Below, one piece after another: positions 11,077-22,167 of a stretch of DNA of 64,000 nucleotides. A program made the position numbers and the translations under genes. How positions within the stretch are numbered: the first letter of the stretch is position 1; each line of letters starts with the position of its first letter. Source of the DNA: a virus (Duplodnaviria > Caudoviricetes); IMG/VR virus record IMGVR_UViG_3300050336_000030, one strand, 5' to 3'. The notes under the pieces are model-generated. The model saw nothing but the letters and a program-made list of their open reading frames with translations. It was not told the DNA's origin and searched no databases.

Positions 11077-11499
11077 TTATACAATTGGAACTCCTTGTTT
11101 TTTTAATTCATCAACCAATATAGCTGTTGCATTTTCATCACACCATGCTAAGAAATCTTTAAAGAAAAATCCTTCTCTGTAAATACCAGAATTACCATGG
11201 AAACCAGCGTCTGCCATATATAATTGTGTTTCTCCGTCCCAATAATTGTTATAATTCATCAATGTATCATCCATTCCGATTTCTGCTGAAGTAGGAGATA
11301 GAAGATTAGATACTGCGCTTGAATAAAAAGACATCGTACGCTGATAAATTTTCGGCTGATACAAATTATAATAATCTTCCATTATGTATTCTTGTAATTT
11401 AGACAATAATCTTTGAGATGCTTTTTCAATAGCCTTGCTAATTAATGGTTCTAACATCTTTTTTAATTGTTCAGTAGAAGTAAATGTTTTAACTGCCAT
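11077..11499 (-). CDS. Putative tail-associated virion protein
   Basis: YxPKIYQRT motif; position in the tail module. Confidence 0.45.
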   Translation of the reverse strand: MAVKTFTSTEQLKKMLEPLISKAIEKASQRLLSKLQEYIMEDYYNLYQPKIYQRTMSFYSSAVSNLLSPTSAEIGMDDTLMNYNNYWDGETQLYMADAGFHGNSGIYREGFFFKDFLAWCDENATAILVDELKKQGVPIV

Positions 11500-11723
11500 T
11501 ATTTCTTTTCCTCATCCTTATTCTCTTTATCCTTAACATAACTTACCAATTCTTCAACAATAAGTTTTTGAAGTTCTGTTGCGTCTAGTTCTTTTGCTCT
11601 TTTTGCAAGTGCTACGATATCCGGTAATCCATCAACGAATCCATACAATTGACTAATAAGAGCAGTTTCTATTGTTAATTTTTGTTTCTTTAATTCATGC
11701 ATTTCTCTAAAATATTTAAACAT
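11499..11723 (-). CDS. Hypothetical protein
   Basis: 74 aa with SD GGAGG; translationally coupled to the next gene. Confidence 0.6.
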   Translation of the reverse strand: MFKYFREMHELKKQKLTIETALISQLYGFVDGLPDIVALAKRAKELDATELQKLIVEELVSYVKDKENKDEEKK

Positions 11724-11737
11724 ATATTAATCCTCCA

Positions 11738-12220
11738 TTATTTTAATAAATTATTTGACGACCAAGTTCCAATTCCAATAGCATCAGCTTCATCTTCTGA
11801 AACATTAAATCCATACTTTTCTTTTACAAATATCTGCGTATTTAATTTTTGTTCAACTCTTTTACGTCCTTTAATTTTACAAAATGATTTCCATGCAGTC
11901 GGTTCAATTAAAGTAAAACCTATATCTTTCAAAAATAAATGAGCCATAATTACTCCTTGTAATTGGCTCAACTGTTGGAAAGTCCCATAATTATTTTGAA
12001 ATTGCACTTGCTCAAATACTATATAATCTGGCTTAACATTATTTATTAAAGCGATAATTTTATCATTCATTTCTTTCATTCGCTCTATTGGATTTTTTTC
12101 ATCTTCGTTAGCACAAAGTAATCCATATGTATCCAAATTCTTATTTTTAAATATTGAGTAACCAGTAATCTTAGTTGATTGATCTAAGTTTAAAATAGTT
12201 ACCGTTTTCTTATTTGTCAT
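11738..12220 (-). CDS. RuvC-like Holliday junction resolvase
   Basis: LNLDQSTKITGYS, IVFEQV, PTAWKS, DEADAIGIG. Confidence 0.85.
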   Translation of the reverse strand: MTNKKTVTILNLDQSTKITGYSIFKNKNLDTYGLLCANEDEKNPIERMKEMNDKIIALINNVKPDYIVFEQVQFQNNYGTFQQLSQLQGVIMAHLFLKDIGFTLIEPTAWKSFCKIKGRKRVEQKLNTQIFVKEKYGFNVSEDEADAIGIGTWSSNNLLK

Positions 12221-12259
12221 ATTTCACTTCCTTAAAACTATTTAAAAGTTGTAATTTAT

Positions 12260-12472
12260 CTACTTACTTTGTTTTTGAGCATTCCATCTACCAATTAATT
12301 TCTTGTGGTCTTCTTTATTAAACACAAAAATAAATCTGTTTTCATCAGTAGCATACATATCAACTGGCCTTACTCCCCAATTCCAATACTGCGCACTCTG
12401 AGTTGCATTCCCATACGGAATTGTATCATCTGTTTCATATTCTTTTCCTGTAAATTCACTTATAACTCTCAA
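12260..12472 (-). CDS. Hypothetical phage protein
   Basis: TTG start after SD AAAGGAAG. Confidence 0.55.
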   Translation of the reverse strand: MRVISEFTGKEYETDDTIPYGNATQSAQYWNWGVRPVDMYATDENRFIFVFNKEDHKKLIGRWNAQKQSK

Positions 12473-12593
12473 TAATCATCTTCCTTTCTTTTTTCGTAAA
12501 AAAAATGGGATACGTAAAATTCGTTTGTGTGCGAATAATACATATCCCATAAGATATTAAATTAGGTATATCAATACTATTCACACAATCACC

Positions 12594-12902
12594 TTATTTC
12601 TTTCTTTGATTGGTACGCTTAACAGATACATTATCAATCTGTAAAATTTCATCTATTTTATTTTTTATTTCAATAACAAAATTATCTTTTTCAGATAAGT
12701 CTATTTTAGATAGTTGTTTTTTTGCTTCACTTTTATCTATATGCTTATTTTCATAATCACGAATAATCATGAAAATCTTATAATGTTCTTGAGTATCTAC
12801 AATTGTTCTCCAAGGCATATAAGTCTTTGTGCTATCACATGTATCACAACCTGAATATTTTTTACCACAAATACTACAAGTATGATTTAAAATTTCTGGC
12901 AT
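12594..12902 (-). CDS. Zn-binding protein downstream of the tail tube gene (possible assembly chaperone)
   Basis: CSICGKKYSGCDTC; SD GAGGTGA. Confidence 0.5.
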   Translation of the reverse strand: MPEILNHTCSICGKKYSGCDTCDSTKTYMPWRTIVDTQEHYKIFMIIRDYENKHIDKSEAKKQLSKIDLSEKDNFVIEIKNKIDEILQIDNVSVKRTNQRKK

Positions 12903-12964
12903 TAATTCACCTCATTATTTAATAGGGCAGTAGTAATTAATACCACCGCCCACATTTTATAAAA

Positions 12965-13762
12965 TTAGTCCTCGCTTACCATGATATCAAATAAAGTTGC
13001 AGTATCATCACAATACGGTTTCTGTAACTGGTAATTTGCAGCATGTTTACCATCAGATGTTAATGCTAAAGTGACTGCCGTAGGATCAATCTGTGCTCTA
13101 GGACAAGAAATAACTCCAGCATATACCAGATTTTTATTACATGGATCGTGGAATATTGCATGAATAAGCAATGATTTAACTTCAGGTACGCTAGAAGTAG
13201 ATTTAGAAACTTTTACAGCGGTAGAAGTTTCTTTGTTATATCTTACAAATGCTTTACCAGTTACATCACTTGGCAATGTAATTGTTTTAGTAGCTGCATT
13301 TAATGTAAATTTACCTTCTCCAGCAGTCGCTGCCACCTCATATGTAGCACCAAATGTATTGTTATCATTGATAACTTTAACGTATTTTACTTCGGCTCCA
13401 GCTGTTCCAACTGGAACATATTTTAAAACAACTGTATGATCTGCTCCAATATTAATTGTTTCAGCAACCGGCATAGTCATTTTAGCAGAATCAGAAGCAA
13501 CCTGTTTTGTAGTACCAAACTGACTTGCCGCTAAATCAAGGGATAAAAGTGAGTTTGTAAATCCAAACGTACCCTGTTGTGCAGTATAAAATGTAGCGAT
13601 TGGAGTACCAATGGCATCTACAACATCTGTTGCCGTAGCACTTGTAACCAAACTAGGTGACTCAATTTGAGTATATCTTCCTGTTAATTCACCAGTAGCC
13701 GGATCATACTCTTCAACGGCTCTAATTTTTTCAAGAATCAATTCATTAGGATTAAAAGCCAT
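12965..13762 (-). CDS. Major tail tube protein
   Basis: 265 aa, Thr/Ala/Val-rich, strong SD AAGGAGG; follows the tail terminator-like genes. Confidence 0.7.
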   Translation of the reverse strand: MAFNPNELILEKIRAVEEYDPATGELTGRYTQIESPSLVTSATATDVVDAIGTPIATFYTAQQGTFGFTNSLLSLDLAASQFGTTKQVASDSAKMTMPVAETINIGADHTVVLKYVPVGTAGAEVKYVKVINDNNTFGATYEVAATAGEGKFTLNAATKTITLPSDVTGKAFVRYNKETSTAVKVSKSTSSVPEVKSLLIHAIFHDPCNKNLVYAGVISCPRAQIDPTAVTLALTSDGKHAANYQLQKPYCDDTATLFDIMVSED

Positions 13763-13810
13763 AATATAATTCCTCCTTTAATAATTTAAGACAATAAAAA
13801 AAGAACTCAT

Positions 13811-14572
13811 TTAATCGAGTTCTCCTGTCCAGTCTAATTGTTTTTTATCTATTTCTTTTAAATTTATTCCATAACCAGAATAGCCACTTTGCAACAGCAA
13901 TTCTGCATTTTTAATTTTTAATATTCTCCTTACACTGTCTGTAAACGCAAATATTTTCATACTCCAAACAGTGTCATGATTGTATTTAAATCCTTCACTA
14001 TTTACCATTGCTGAAATCAAATTTAACAATTGAGAATGATATTCCTTGTTTTTACTCATTTCATAAGCTTCTCTATCGTCGTCTATCAAAATTTGTTTTG
14101 TACTTTCATTAGCTGGTAATTGGTCATTTCTTTTAAATCCATGCATTTTACGTAAATAGTCAATTATAACCTGATATGTATAGCTATCTATAACAATCAT
14201 TTCGGCATTTGGTGAATTGTCATCTGGTTTTACTTTTTGAGCCATGCATATTTCACCATTTTGTGTATTGTCATATATCTCAAATTTAGTAAAATCAAGA
14301 CTACCAAAAATAATAGATGTTTGCTCTTTTGTATACCCCTTTATAAGAATATTATAAAATAATTCAAAATCTCCTATTTTTGTATAATCAATTCCAATAT
14401 CCGCAAGTTGCCATTTTAAATCTGCTCCAACTGAGGTAAGAGTATTAATCATCTGATAATATTTCTTTTCTCCGTATTTACATATCTCATCAAGTGATGG
14501 TTGATGTATTATAATATAATCACTTACAAAATAATCTTGTCCTCTGTATATTAGCAATTCATCATTATACAT
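13811..14572 (-). CDS. Conserved morphogenesis protein
   Basis: IHQPSLDEI motif; position between neck and tail tube genes. Confidence 0.5.
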   Translation of the reverse strand: MYNDELLIYRGQDYFVSDYIIIHQPSLDEICKYGEKKYYQMINTLTSVGADLKWQLADIGIDYTKIGDFELFYNILIKGYTKEQTSIIFGSLDFTKFEIYDNTQNGEICMAQKVKPDDNSPNAEMIVIDSYTYQVIIDYLRKMHGFKRNDQLPANESTKQILIDDDREAYEMSKNKEYHSQLLNLISAMVNSEGFKYNHDTVWSMKIFAFTDSVRRILKIKNAELLLQSGYSGYGINLKEIDKKQLDWTGELD

Positions 14573-15038
14573 TATTCATCACCTTATTCTTTAGACTGTT
14601 TGCAGAAATATTTCTAAATTGCAATGTACGAGCATGATAATCATTTTCTAAATTACTCTCAACATCAGAAACTAATTCTAATTCAAAACCTAAAAAATTA
14701 GACCAGTTAAAAGAATCAGTTATAACTCCGGCTAACAAATCGTGTCTTGTTAAACCATTCCACATTATTTCTGTTTCATGACATACCACCCCAATATTGA
14801 TAGTAATATTTTTTAGAACTTCATTAATAGGACTTATCCTGCTATTAAAATCAAAACATATGTAATTTTTAACAGTAGTTTGAATATTTGGTACTTTCAT
14901 ATAAGGAAATATGTTTACATTTATCATTCCAGATGGAGCAGTTAAGGTTTTATTATTTATTAATGTATAAACATCTGGTATACCTATTAATCTTTGTGCT
15001 ATTTTTTGTTTATATTCAATATTTTCAGATATAACCAT
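14565..15038 (-). CDS. Putative tail terminator/completion protein
   Basis: NIFPY..YICFDF..RHDLLA; size and synteny. Confidence 0.5.
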   Translation of the reverse strand: MVISENIEYKQKIAQRLIGIPDVYTLINNKTLTAPSGMINVNIFPYMKVPNIQTTVKNYICFDFNSRISPINEVLKNITINIGVVCHETEIMWNGLTRHDLLAGVITDSFNWSNFLGFELELVSDVESNLENDYHARTLQFRNISANSLKNKVMNNV

Positions 15039-15050
15039 TCATCCACCTCC

Positions 15051-16067
15051 CTACCACATTCCAACAATCGTTAATACAATAGAAGAGTAGAATCCACTAT
15101 TTAATTCAGTACAAGTTAATTCAATTTCATTGCCTATCAAATCGTAAGAATTTTCATTTACTACAATACTAGCTGTTCCATCGCCATTATCAGTAAGTAC
15201 AATTTTACCATTATATGGGTTATCAATCGTATACTCAGGTTGAACATCCATAACAATTTCACCCAATTCATTAGTAAACGTAGCCGTAAAATTACAAGGC
15301 AGTCCAAGTCTTACTTTGTTGTCATTAGTTTCTGATATAATTTTTACAATTACAGTAGTTGTATCAGGATCAGGCAGTTCCGGTGTTGGAACTGGTTCCT
15401 TATAATTACAAATTCCTAAATCTTTTCTATCATCTGATTGTATTTGGTCTTGCTGTACAATAAAATAGATTAATCCTTTATCACCGTAGTTAAATGTAGT
15501 TGTGTCAACAGCCCCAATTAATTCATACGGAGTCGGGTCAGTAGTATTTTTATCAATAAAAAATCTCCATGTTTTATCATCCGTATTTTTAAGTAAAACC
15601 GTATTATCATCAAAAGACAATAAAACTGACTTTTTATTAGCACCTAGCGTAATCATGTCATTTTCATCTTCGCTGAAAGTTTTGTCAGAAGTGATACATG
15701 GATAGGAGAGGATAGTGCCGTCTGGTGATTGGAATTTGAGAGTCCAGTTGCATTCTTGCATTTTACCGGAAGTGTAAACTTCATCATCAGCATTTATTTT
15801 TATAATAAGAAATATCTTATTTTTATATTTAACTACGTCCCCACATTTTAACGATTCATTAGGAAGCGAACTAATTAAAATATAATCGCCCGACGTTCCA
15901 GTAAAAGTAATTGATGCATCTATATCATTAATTTTTACAGACTTATAAGAAAGTGAATCTGGTAGGTGTTTGGATATATAATTCTGCATTGAATTTAAAT
16001 CACGTTCACGTTTAGATGAACCATTGATATTTAATCTAGTGTTATATAAATCCCAATTAATACTCAT
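15051..16067 (-). CDS. Putative head-closure/neck protein with C-terminal Ig-like domain
   Basis: LKCGDVV..FLI..MQECNWTLK; Pro-rich linker followed by a beta-rich tail. Confidence 0.55.
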   Translation of the reverse strand: MSINWDLYNTRLNINGSSKRERDLNSMQNYISKHLPDSLSYKSVKINDIDASITFTGTSGDYILISSLPNESLKCGDVVKYKNKIFLIIKINADDEVYTSGKMQECNWTLKFQSPDGTILSYPCITSDKTFSEDENDMITLGANKKSVLLSFDDNTVLLKNTDDKTWRFFIDKNTTDPTPYELIGAVDTTTFNYGDKGLIYFIVQQDQIQSDDRKDLGICNYKEPVPTPELPDPDTTTVIVKIISETNDNKVRLGLPCNFTATFTNELGEIVMDVQPEYTIDNPYNGKIVLTDNGDGTASIVVNENSYDLIGNEIELTCTELNSGFYSSIVLTIVGMW

Positions 16068-16077
16068 AATCCACCTC

Positions 16078-16377
16078 CTATTGTTTTGACAATTTTTCTA
16101 ATATATTTGTGCCTTTTAATATTTCTCGCTTACAAGTCTTCTTATCAAACTCGTTTGTTCGCAAATATTGAATTATATTAATAACAGAAATATATTTTTG
16201 ACTTGCCTTTAAAATAGGAAAAGTTTCTAGCCCACCTAGCAGTTGAATACATAAACTATCCATATATTCATTTAAATATAAATCATTATCATCATTTAAT
16301 GCTAATACCTTATACACCGCGCCAATCATTGAATTTAAAAATAAGTTAGTTGTCTCATCTTTCATATAATCAACCAC
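16078..16377 (-). CDS. Hypothetical protein in the neck module
   Basis: 99 aa ORF coupled to its neighbours. Confidence 0.55.
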   Translation of the reverse strand: MVDYMKDETTNLFLNSMIGAVYKVLALNDDNDLYLNEYMDSLCIQLLGGLETFPILKASQKYISVINIIQYLRTNEFDKKTCKREILKGTNILEKLSKQ

Positions 16378-16807
16378 CTAACTTTCCTAGATCAGCATTA
16401 GCAAATGAATAATTGTTAATTAATCTTTTAGACTCTTTTTTGCACATTTCTAATGTTTCTCTGGTTTCTTTAAGTAAATTAGCAGGAGATGCGGCAATTT
16501 TATAATCATTAGCATTTAGAAAATTTTTAATATTTTCTGTTGAGAGTACTTTGGGCTTTAACCATTCAACAATCATTGTTTCAGCTAAAATATCAATAAT
16601 TTCGTCATCAATAGATTGGTTAAACTGCTTGAGTATCTCATCTCTATCAAATAAATCAACTTTACATGCTTTTTTAAACCTAACACATGCTGAAATTAAA
16701 TATCCTGTAATAATTTCTTCTTTTTGAATATCAGTGAATTTTATAATATCATAGTCGTCAATTTTACCCAAAAATACATTTATTACATCAGAATATGGAG
16801 TTGCCAT
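16370..16807 (-). CDS. Head-tail adaptor protein
   Basis: MATPYSDVINVFLGKIDD..FNQSIDDEIIDILAETMIVEWL; synteny. Confidence 0.65.
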   Translation of the reverse strand: MATPYSDVINVFLGKIDDYDIIKFTDIQKEEIITGYLISACVRFKKACKVDLFDRDEILKQFNQSIDDEIIDILAETMIVEWLKPKVLSTENIKNFLNANDYKIAASPANLLKETRETLEMCKKESKRLINNYSFANADLGKLGG

Positions 16808-16827
16808 ACTTAATCAACTCCTTTCTA

Positions 16828-17436
16828 TTAATCTTCGGGTGAGGTAAGTTCACAATCAAGTACTTCTTCTAATGCTTTTACTTTAGCAATTGAATCAAGT
16901 ATTCCTTGTTTAATAAGTTCATTAGCACGTACAATTAATGATTCTTTAACTGTTTGAGTCATTTTAGGTACTTTTAATTTAATATCAGCAGCACTCCAAT
17001 TAAAGATATCATTAAGGTTTTTAGGGCATAACGTTTCAGAGTAGTAATGAGAAATTTGTAATGCTTCATATACATCTTCAATATTTACGTCATCGTAAAC
17101 TTCATCTTTATCCGCAATTCCTTCAATCAAAATCCAATTTTCTTCTAAAAATCTTCTTTGATTAGACTTCATCGCACGTATATCTGATACATATAAACTC
17201 TGAACTTCTCCCATGTTATTCCAACGATAAATATCGCCAGTTTTATGATTAACATAAGTTAAAATACCAAAAACATTGCTAGAAACCAAAAGAGAAACAT
17301 TGTCATCTAATTTTATCTTTTTTGCAACATTTTTACTTTCTTCTTTTATTCCAACTACATTTTTTTCTTCTGATTTTATATTATTTGTTTCTGTTTTCTT
17401 AGCTTCTCTTTGAGCCTTTGTGTAAGCCATAGTCAT
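16828..17436 (-). CDS. Conserved protein downstream of the capsid gene
   Basis: 202 aa; C-terminal LDSIAKVKALEE. Confidence 0.55.
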   Translation of the reverse strand: MTMAYTKAQREAKKTETNNIKSEEKNVVGIKEESKNVAKKIKLDDNVSLLVSSNVFGILTYVNHKTGDIYRWNNMGEVQSLYVSDIRAMKSNQRRFLEENWILIEGIADKDEVYDDVNIEDVYEALQISHYYSETLCPKNLNDIFNWSAADIKLKVPKMTQTVKESLIVRANELIKQGILDSIAKVKALEEVLDCELTSPED

Positions 17437-17498
17437 TCATCCTTTCATTTCTTTAATTCAAAAGAGGGTGAAAACTATGTCCACCCTCTAGTAATAAA

Positions 17499-18497
17499 TT
17501 AAGCCATTGTCATGATACCCATCTTCTCGTTAAATGCAAGACCTACTCCAAATTCCTGACCATACAGATAATTCTGTGTAAAGTCAGCGGATTGTAATGG
17601 ATCATTAGCTGATAATAAACCAGTACCAACATTAACAACCTTAATAGGTTTATCGCTACCAGCAATAACATAAATCTTATTATCGTCTAACAAGAAAGTA
17701 TCAGTTCCAGTCGCATGTCTCTGAGGTAAATAAATCATGTTTGTACCATTGAATTTACCATAGTAACCCATATTATATAAATCAGCCTTTGCTTCATCAG
17801 AAACAACAGCAGTAGTAACTTTTCTAAGTGCTTTCTTTGTACCAAAAATAGTACCAACAGCCTCTGTAGCAGCTTCTACATGCCCAACTAAATCAAGTAA
17901 TCCATCTTCTGTATAAGTACCAGTAGGCACATATGTAGAATTTAAGCCACGAGTTGTAGCTGTAACACCCTTAAATGCTGTATATGTATCATTTTTGAGT
18001 TTATTAGCCATAGCATCAGAAACTTTAATAATGAAAGTGTTAAAATCTGTTCTGCCAGCAAGAAGTCTCTTTAATTCTTCATATACTTTGATAACCTTTA
18101 ATGTGGTATCTACATTGTATTTGGTCATTTCGCCAAGTCTCTGTCTACGAATACCACTAACACCATAAGATGCATCGGCTACTACAAATTCCGTCTTATC
18201 TTCAGTCCAGAAATCAATATCATCTCCGAGAGAAAGATTTCTATAGTCTGCAAGATTGAAGAAAAATTCATTACCTGACAAACCTTCGTGAACGATTGCA
18301 GGAATAATTTCCTCTACAATCTCAAATAACTGATTTCCTCTATGAAATGTTTTAAAGTCAATTGTTGTCTTTCCGCCATTAGCTTCAATTAATGCCTCTC
18401 TAAGAGCCTCTGAATTCTTAGCTACGTCAGAAAAGTTAGCACTTACTCTATTCTGAATAATATCGGTAGCAAGCTTAATTACATGTAATTTTTCCAT
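17499..18497 (-). CDS. Major capsid protein
   Basis: 332 aa with strong SD; position in a portal-protease-decoration-capsid series; IFGTKKAL..GYYGKFNGT. Confidence 0.85.
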   Translation of the reverse strand: MEKLHVIKLATDIIQNRVSANFSDVAKNSEALREALIEANGGKTTIDFKTFHRGNQLFEIVEEIIPAIVHEGLSGNEFFFNLADYRNLSLGDDIDFWTEDKTEFVVADASYGVSGIRRQRLGEMTKYNVDTTLKVIKVYEELKRLLAGRTDFNTFIIKVSDAMANKLKNDTYTAFKGVTATTRGLNSTYVPTGTYTEDGLLDLVGHVEAATEAVGTIFGTKKALRKVTTAVVSDEAKADLYNMGYYGKFNGTNMIYLPQRHATGTDTFLLDDNKIYVIAGSDKPIKVVNVGTGLLSANDPLQSADFTQNYLYGQEFGVGLAFNEKMGIMTMA

Positions 18498-18530
18498 ATT
18501 ATTAATTCCTCCTTATTATATTATTTATTA

Positions 18531-19013
18531 TTAAATAACCTGAACTGCATACTTACCGTTAACAAAATCAATGATTGTACCAACCTGAGTACTTCCGGAA
18601 GTTAATGTGTCAACGCATTTTAATTTAGTGCCAGCCTGTAATTCTACAATCTTTCCTTTTGCCGGAGTTCCAGTAAAACCTTCTGCTGTAACAGAAAAGA
18701 TATTTCCAGAAACAAGTTTATCTCCAGTACATACATCACCAGCTTCATTTCTAAAATCAGAAAGATTCTTCTTTCTTTCGTCTGCCAAGACTTCTGGTGT
18801 AGTGATTAATGCTAAAGATGCAACTGTTGAATCAACAGCAGGGGTAGAAGAAGTATAAATTTCTCTCTCCCCATCAATTAAATTACCAACTACTACAACA
18901 TTTCCATTTTCAATTACGGTATCAACTCCACTCGGCTGATATTTTAGTGAAATTCTCTTTGTTCCATCAAACTCGCTTGTCATTTTTTCACGAGTAACTA
19001 CACAATAACTCAT
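18531..19013 (-). CDS. Capsid decoration/minor head protein
   Basis: IENGNVVVVG motif; between protease and capsid genes. Confidence 0.65.
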   Translation of the reverse strand: MSYCVVTREKMTSEFDGTKRISLKYQPSGVDTVIENGNVVVVGNLIDGEREIYTSSTPAVDSTVASLALITTPEVLADERKKNLSDFRNEAGDVCTGDKLVSGNIFSVTAEGFTGTPAKGKIVELQAGTKLKCVDTLTSGSTQVGTIIDFVNGKYAVQVI

Positions 19014-19085
19014 ATTAAAATCCTCCTTTAGAATTTAAAATTAATATTTTTAGACATAAAAATAGAGCAGTACACATCTGCTCAA

Positions 19086-20618
19086 TTACTTCTGATATAC
19101 TTTTGCAAGTAAACCACCATATTCATCTACTACATCATCGCTCTTATTATCATTAAGAGGAAGTTTTACAGAACTATCTTTTTTGTCTTTTGCAGTAAAC
19201 TTAGTAGACGTTTTTCCAACAATACAGAAACATTTTTCTTCAATTTGATCAATCGTTAAATCACCGTAATTCTCTTTCAAATTAACAAATTCAACGTTGT
19301 CTGATAATTGTTTTTCAAAACGCTCAAATACTTCTGATACTTCATTTTCTCTCTGTTTCTTCAATATATTCGCTTGAAAAACTTCTAGTTTATCAAATTC
19401 TACATTTGACTTTGAATAATTTTTCTTATACTCTTCATATTCATCTTTTAAAGTAGTATAATTTGCTCTTTCCTGATCAATCTGATTTTTTTCTTCAATA
19501 GTAAGCCAAACTTTTATCATTTCTTCAAAATCACCAGTAACAGAAGCAACCATTTTTTCTGTATCAAATGTATATGTAAATCTTCCATATTTAGTTTCGT
19601 AATCACCATCTTTCATCCAGTGATTCTTTTCTACATATACATAAGTATCATCAAAATCTTCTACCCAATAATATGTTTCTTCAACAATTTCATTATTTTC
19701 GTCTTTAACAACACTATTATCAAGCGCATTTCTTAATGCTTCTCGTTTTTGAGTCATTGTGGCAGAAAATAAAACTGGTTCATCTGTTGAACTATTGAAT
19801 TTTTTATTTAGCTTATTTTCTAATTCTTCTAATGAGATTTCATCTATAGAAAAATCAAGCATTTCAGCAGTTACATTAAATTTCTTTAAAACTTCTAACT
19901 TTTCATCCAACTTATTTATACCTCCTTCTTCAAAATCTTTTATATCATCAACATCAGTATTATCTGATGGCTGATTTTGAATGTAATTTGTAAACTGTTC
20001 TAATTTGGTTTTGATTTCATTCATAGTAAATACCGTATCTATTGAAGCAGAACGCATAGCAGGAGATACATCATCTCCTAAAGCACATGCTCCATAGAAT
20101 TTAAATGTATCAAACGCAAAGTATCCGTCTTCGTTAAAATGACCCGTATAATTATCATCTAATTCCATAGATTCTTGTTTATTTGAATCTCTTTCAAATA
20201 TTTCAGTAGAATCGTCAAATTTTGTCCACAGTAAACCTGAACATACTAGAAACTCTCTTTCTATACCATCGTCACAGACACGCATTTCAAAATGAGCATC
20301 ATTAGTTTCTGGTATAACTCCTATAGCTTTACCTTTATAATGTAATTTTATTTGCCCATCTTTCTTTTCCAGTTCAATACGATGATCTGAAAAATCATTT
20401 TCTCCATCTTTATTTTCCTCTATATAAGCCAGAATAGGAGTATTTGCTAATGTAGGTATTGCAGCCTCTACAGATTCTTTGCTAAAATATGATCCATTAA
20501 GGTTGTTACCAAGATGCATTAGAAATATTTTGCATTGAATAAACCTATTATCAGCAACTTTATATTCTTTGATTTTCTCAAAATTAACTGGAACAGTTAA
20601 ATCAATATGTTTTTTCAT
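19086..20618 (-). CDS. Prohead protease/scaffold
   Basis: HLGNNLNGS, NTPIL, DFSDH, QESME, GACALG..PAM; acidic coiled-coil C-terminus. Confidence 0.8.
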   Translation of the reverse strand: MKKHIDLTVPVNFEKIKEYKVADNRFIQCKIFLMHLGNNLNGSYFSKESVEAAIPTLANTPILAYIEENKDGENDFSDHRIELEKKDGQIKLHYKGKAIGVIPETNDAHFEMRVCDDGIEREFLVCSGLLWTKFDDSTEIFERDSNKQESMELDDNYTGHFNEDGYFAFDTFKFYGACALGDDVSPAMRSASIDTVFTMNEIKTKLEQFTNYIQNQPSDNTDVDDIKDFEEGGINKLDEKLEVLKKFNVTAEMLDFSIDEISLEELENKLNKKFNSSTDEPVLFSATMTQKREALRNALDNSVVKDENNEIVEETYYWVEDFDDTYVYVEKNHWMKDGDYETKYGRFTYTFDTEKMVASVTGDFEEMIKVWLTIEEKNQIDQERANYTTLKDEYEEYKKNYSKSNVEFDKLEVFQANILKKQRENEVSEVFERFEKQLSDNVEFVNLKENYGDLTIDQIEEKCFCIVGKTSTKFTAKDKKDSSVKLPLNDNKSDDVVDEYGGLLAKVYQK

Positions 20619-20670
20619 TTTTCACCTCCTTAAAATGGTATTAAAAATAGAACCTATAAAGAGGTTCATA

Positions 20671-22152
20671 TTATTCGTTTATTCTATTATCATTTTCTCT
20701 GGTTTGTACACCTGCTTCCGATAATTCATCATCAGATACTTTTGGTGCACCAACATCTCCAGTACTTGTAGTTCCTTGAGTATGAGAGCTTTGTAATGGA
20801 ACTAATCTATAATGATACTGTAATACTTCATTTTCAAGAAAAGTCATTGCGTCAGTATCGGCAGGACTATAGCCTAAACAGGCACAAATTGCGTTTATAA
20901 CTGGCATTCCATATTGACCATTTTTAAGTAGAAAATCTAAATAATCTTTTCTACTATAGAGCGTTACATCAAGAAATTGTACTTTAAATTTGTAATTACC
21001 AGACTCTTGTTTCAATTTTCGATTTAACCATCGTTCAATTTGTCTTAATACTGCATACACTATTTCTTCATCTGATTTAATAGAGTTACCTATTGTTGCG
21101 CTTGATGACTTCTGAGAATTAAATAGTAATTCTGAAACACCTCCGGCAGACCAAAAATTAGTTTCTGCTTCAGCTACACGATTTATATTATTTGTTGTAC
21201 CTGTTTTTTCAAAAGAATGTTCATCTATCTGCATAGGAGAGAGTGCTAAACCAATATTATCAGGTAATACTCCATTCATCATATTATAAAATTTAACTGC
21301 TTCTTCATATGGGAATTTGTAGTCACCCTCATCCGTTAATGGAATAAGTAAAGACAGCAACTTATAGTTTCCTATTTCTTCAGATGCTTTAGTCAACATT
21401 TTATAATCTTCGATATCATAAATCATTGGAAGTAATCCAATAAATGGAGCAATTGGATATTCTATATCTTCATTTAACTTAATACAGATAGAATTTTTGC
21501 TATCAATTTCTTGCCATCTCTTTTTAGGATTTTTTTCATAAATGGCATATTTTAATTTAAACTCATCACCCCATGCTTCTAATTTATCTTTTCTTGTATT
21601 GAAATACTGAAAATCAAAAGCATAAGTATATATGCCATCTTCATTACTATTAATTTGGCAATAATCAGGAGGCAGCTTATTAATTACATAAGAATCTTTT
21701 GTTTCGTACTCGTAACCATAAAAAACATCTTCTCTAAATACAGTCGTCATTACCTTTAATAATTCATGCTTTAAATTCATGTTTTCTAAACGAGATAAAA
21801 CATTTTTATATTTTGTCTTGAATTTCTTTATATCAACGTTTTCTGTATCTAATTTATATGGAACAACTATGTATGCAAAAATAGCCATCTTCGCAAAATA
21901 ATTTATTAGTCTACGATAATGGCTACTTGCATTATAAAGATATATGGAGGCTTTTCTTAATTGTTTTTCATTGTTTTCTGGTGCTTCAAGCCATTTTATT
22001 ATATCTTGCTTTGTATACTTTTTAAAAAGAATCATTTCTTTTTTATTATCTTCTAAATCTTTTAATATCAATTTAGCAGTTTTCATATATTGTAAAGCTG
22101 CTGTAAAATCGGCTTTTTGCTTTTCTGTTAATTTTACTTCTTCTTCAGACAT
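20671..22152 (-). CDS. Portal protein
   Basis: 493 aa between terminase and protease; LYNASSHYRRLINY..AGGVSELLFN..QIERWLNR. Confidence 0.85.
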   Translation of the reverse strand: MSEEEVKLTEKQKADFTAALQYMKTAKLILKDLEDNKKEMILFKKYTKQDIIKWLEAPENNEKQLRKASIYLYNASSHYRRLINYFAKMAIFAYIVVPYKLDTENVDIKKFKTKYKNVLSRLENMNLKHELLKVMTTVFREDVFYGYEYETKDSYVINKLPPDYCQINSNEDGIYTYAFDFQYFNTRKDKLEAWGDEFKLKYAIYEKNPKKRWQEIDSKNSICIKLNEDIEYPIAPFIGLLPMIYDIEDYKMLTKASEEIGNYKLLSLLIPLTDEGDYKFPYEEAVKFYNMMNGVLPDNIGLALSPMQIDEHSFEKTGTTNNINRVAEAETNFWSAGGVSELLFNSQKSSSATIGNSIKSDEEIVYAVLRQIERWLNRKLKQESGNYKFKVQFLDVTLYSRKDYLDFLLKNGQYGMPVINAICACLGYSPADTDAMTFLENEVLQYHYRLVPLQSSHTQGTTSTGDVGAPKVSDDELSEAGVQTRENDNRINE

Positions 22153-22167
22153 TTTATAGCCTCCTTT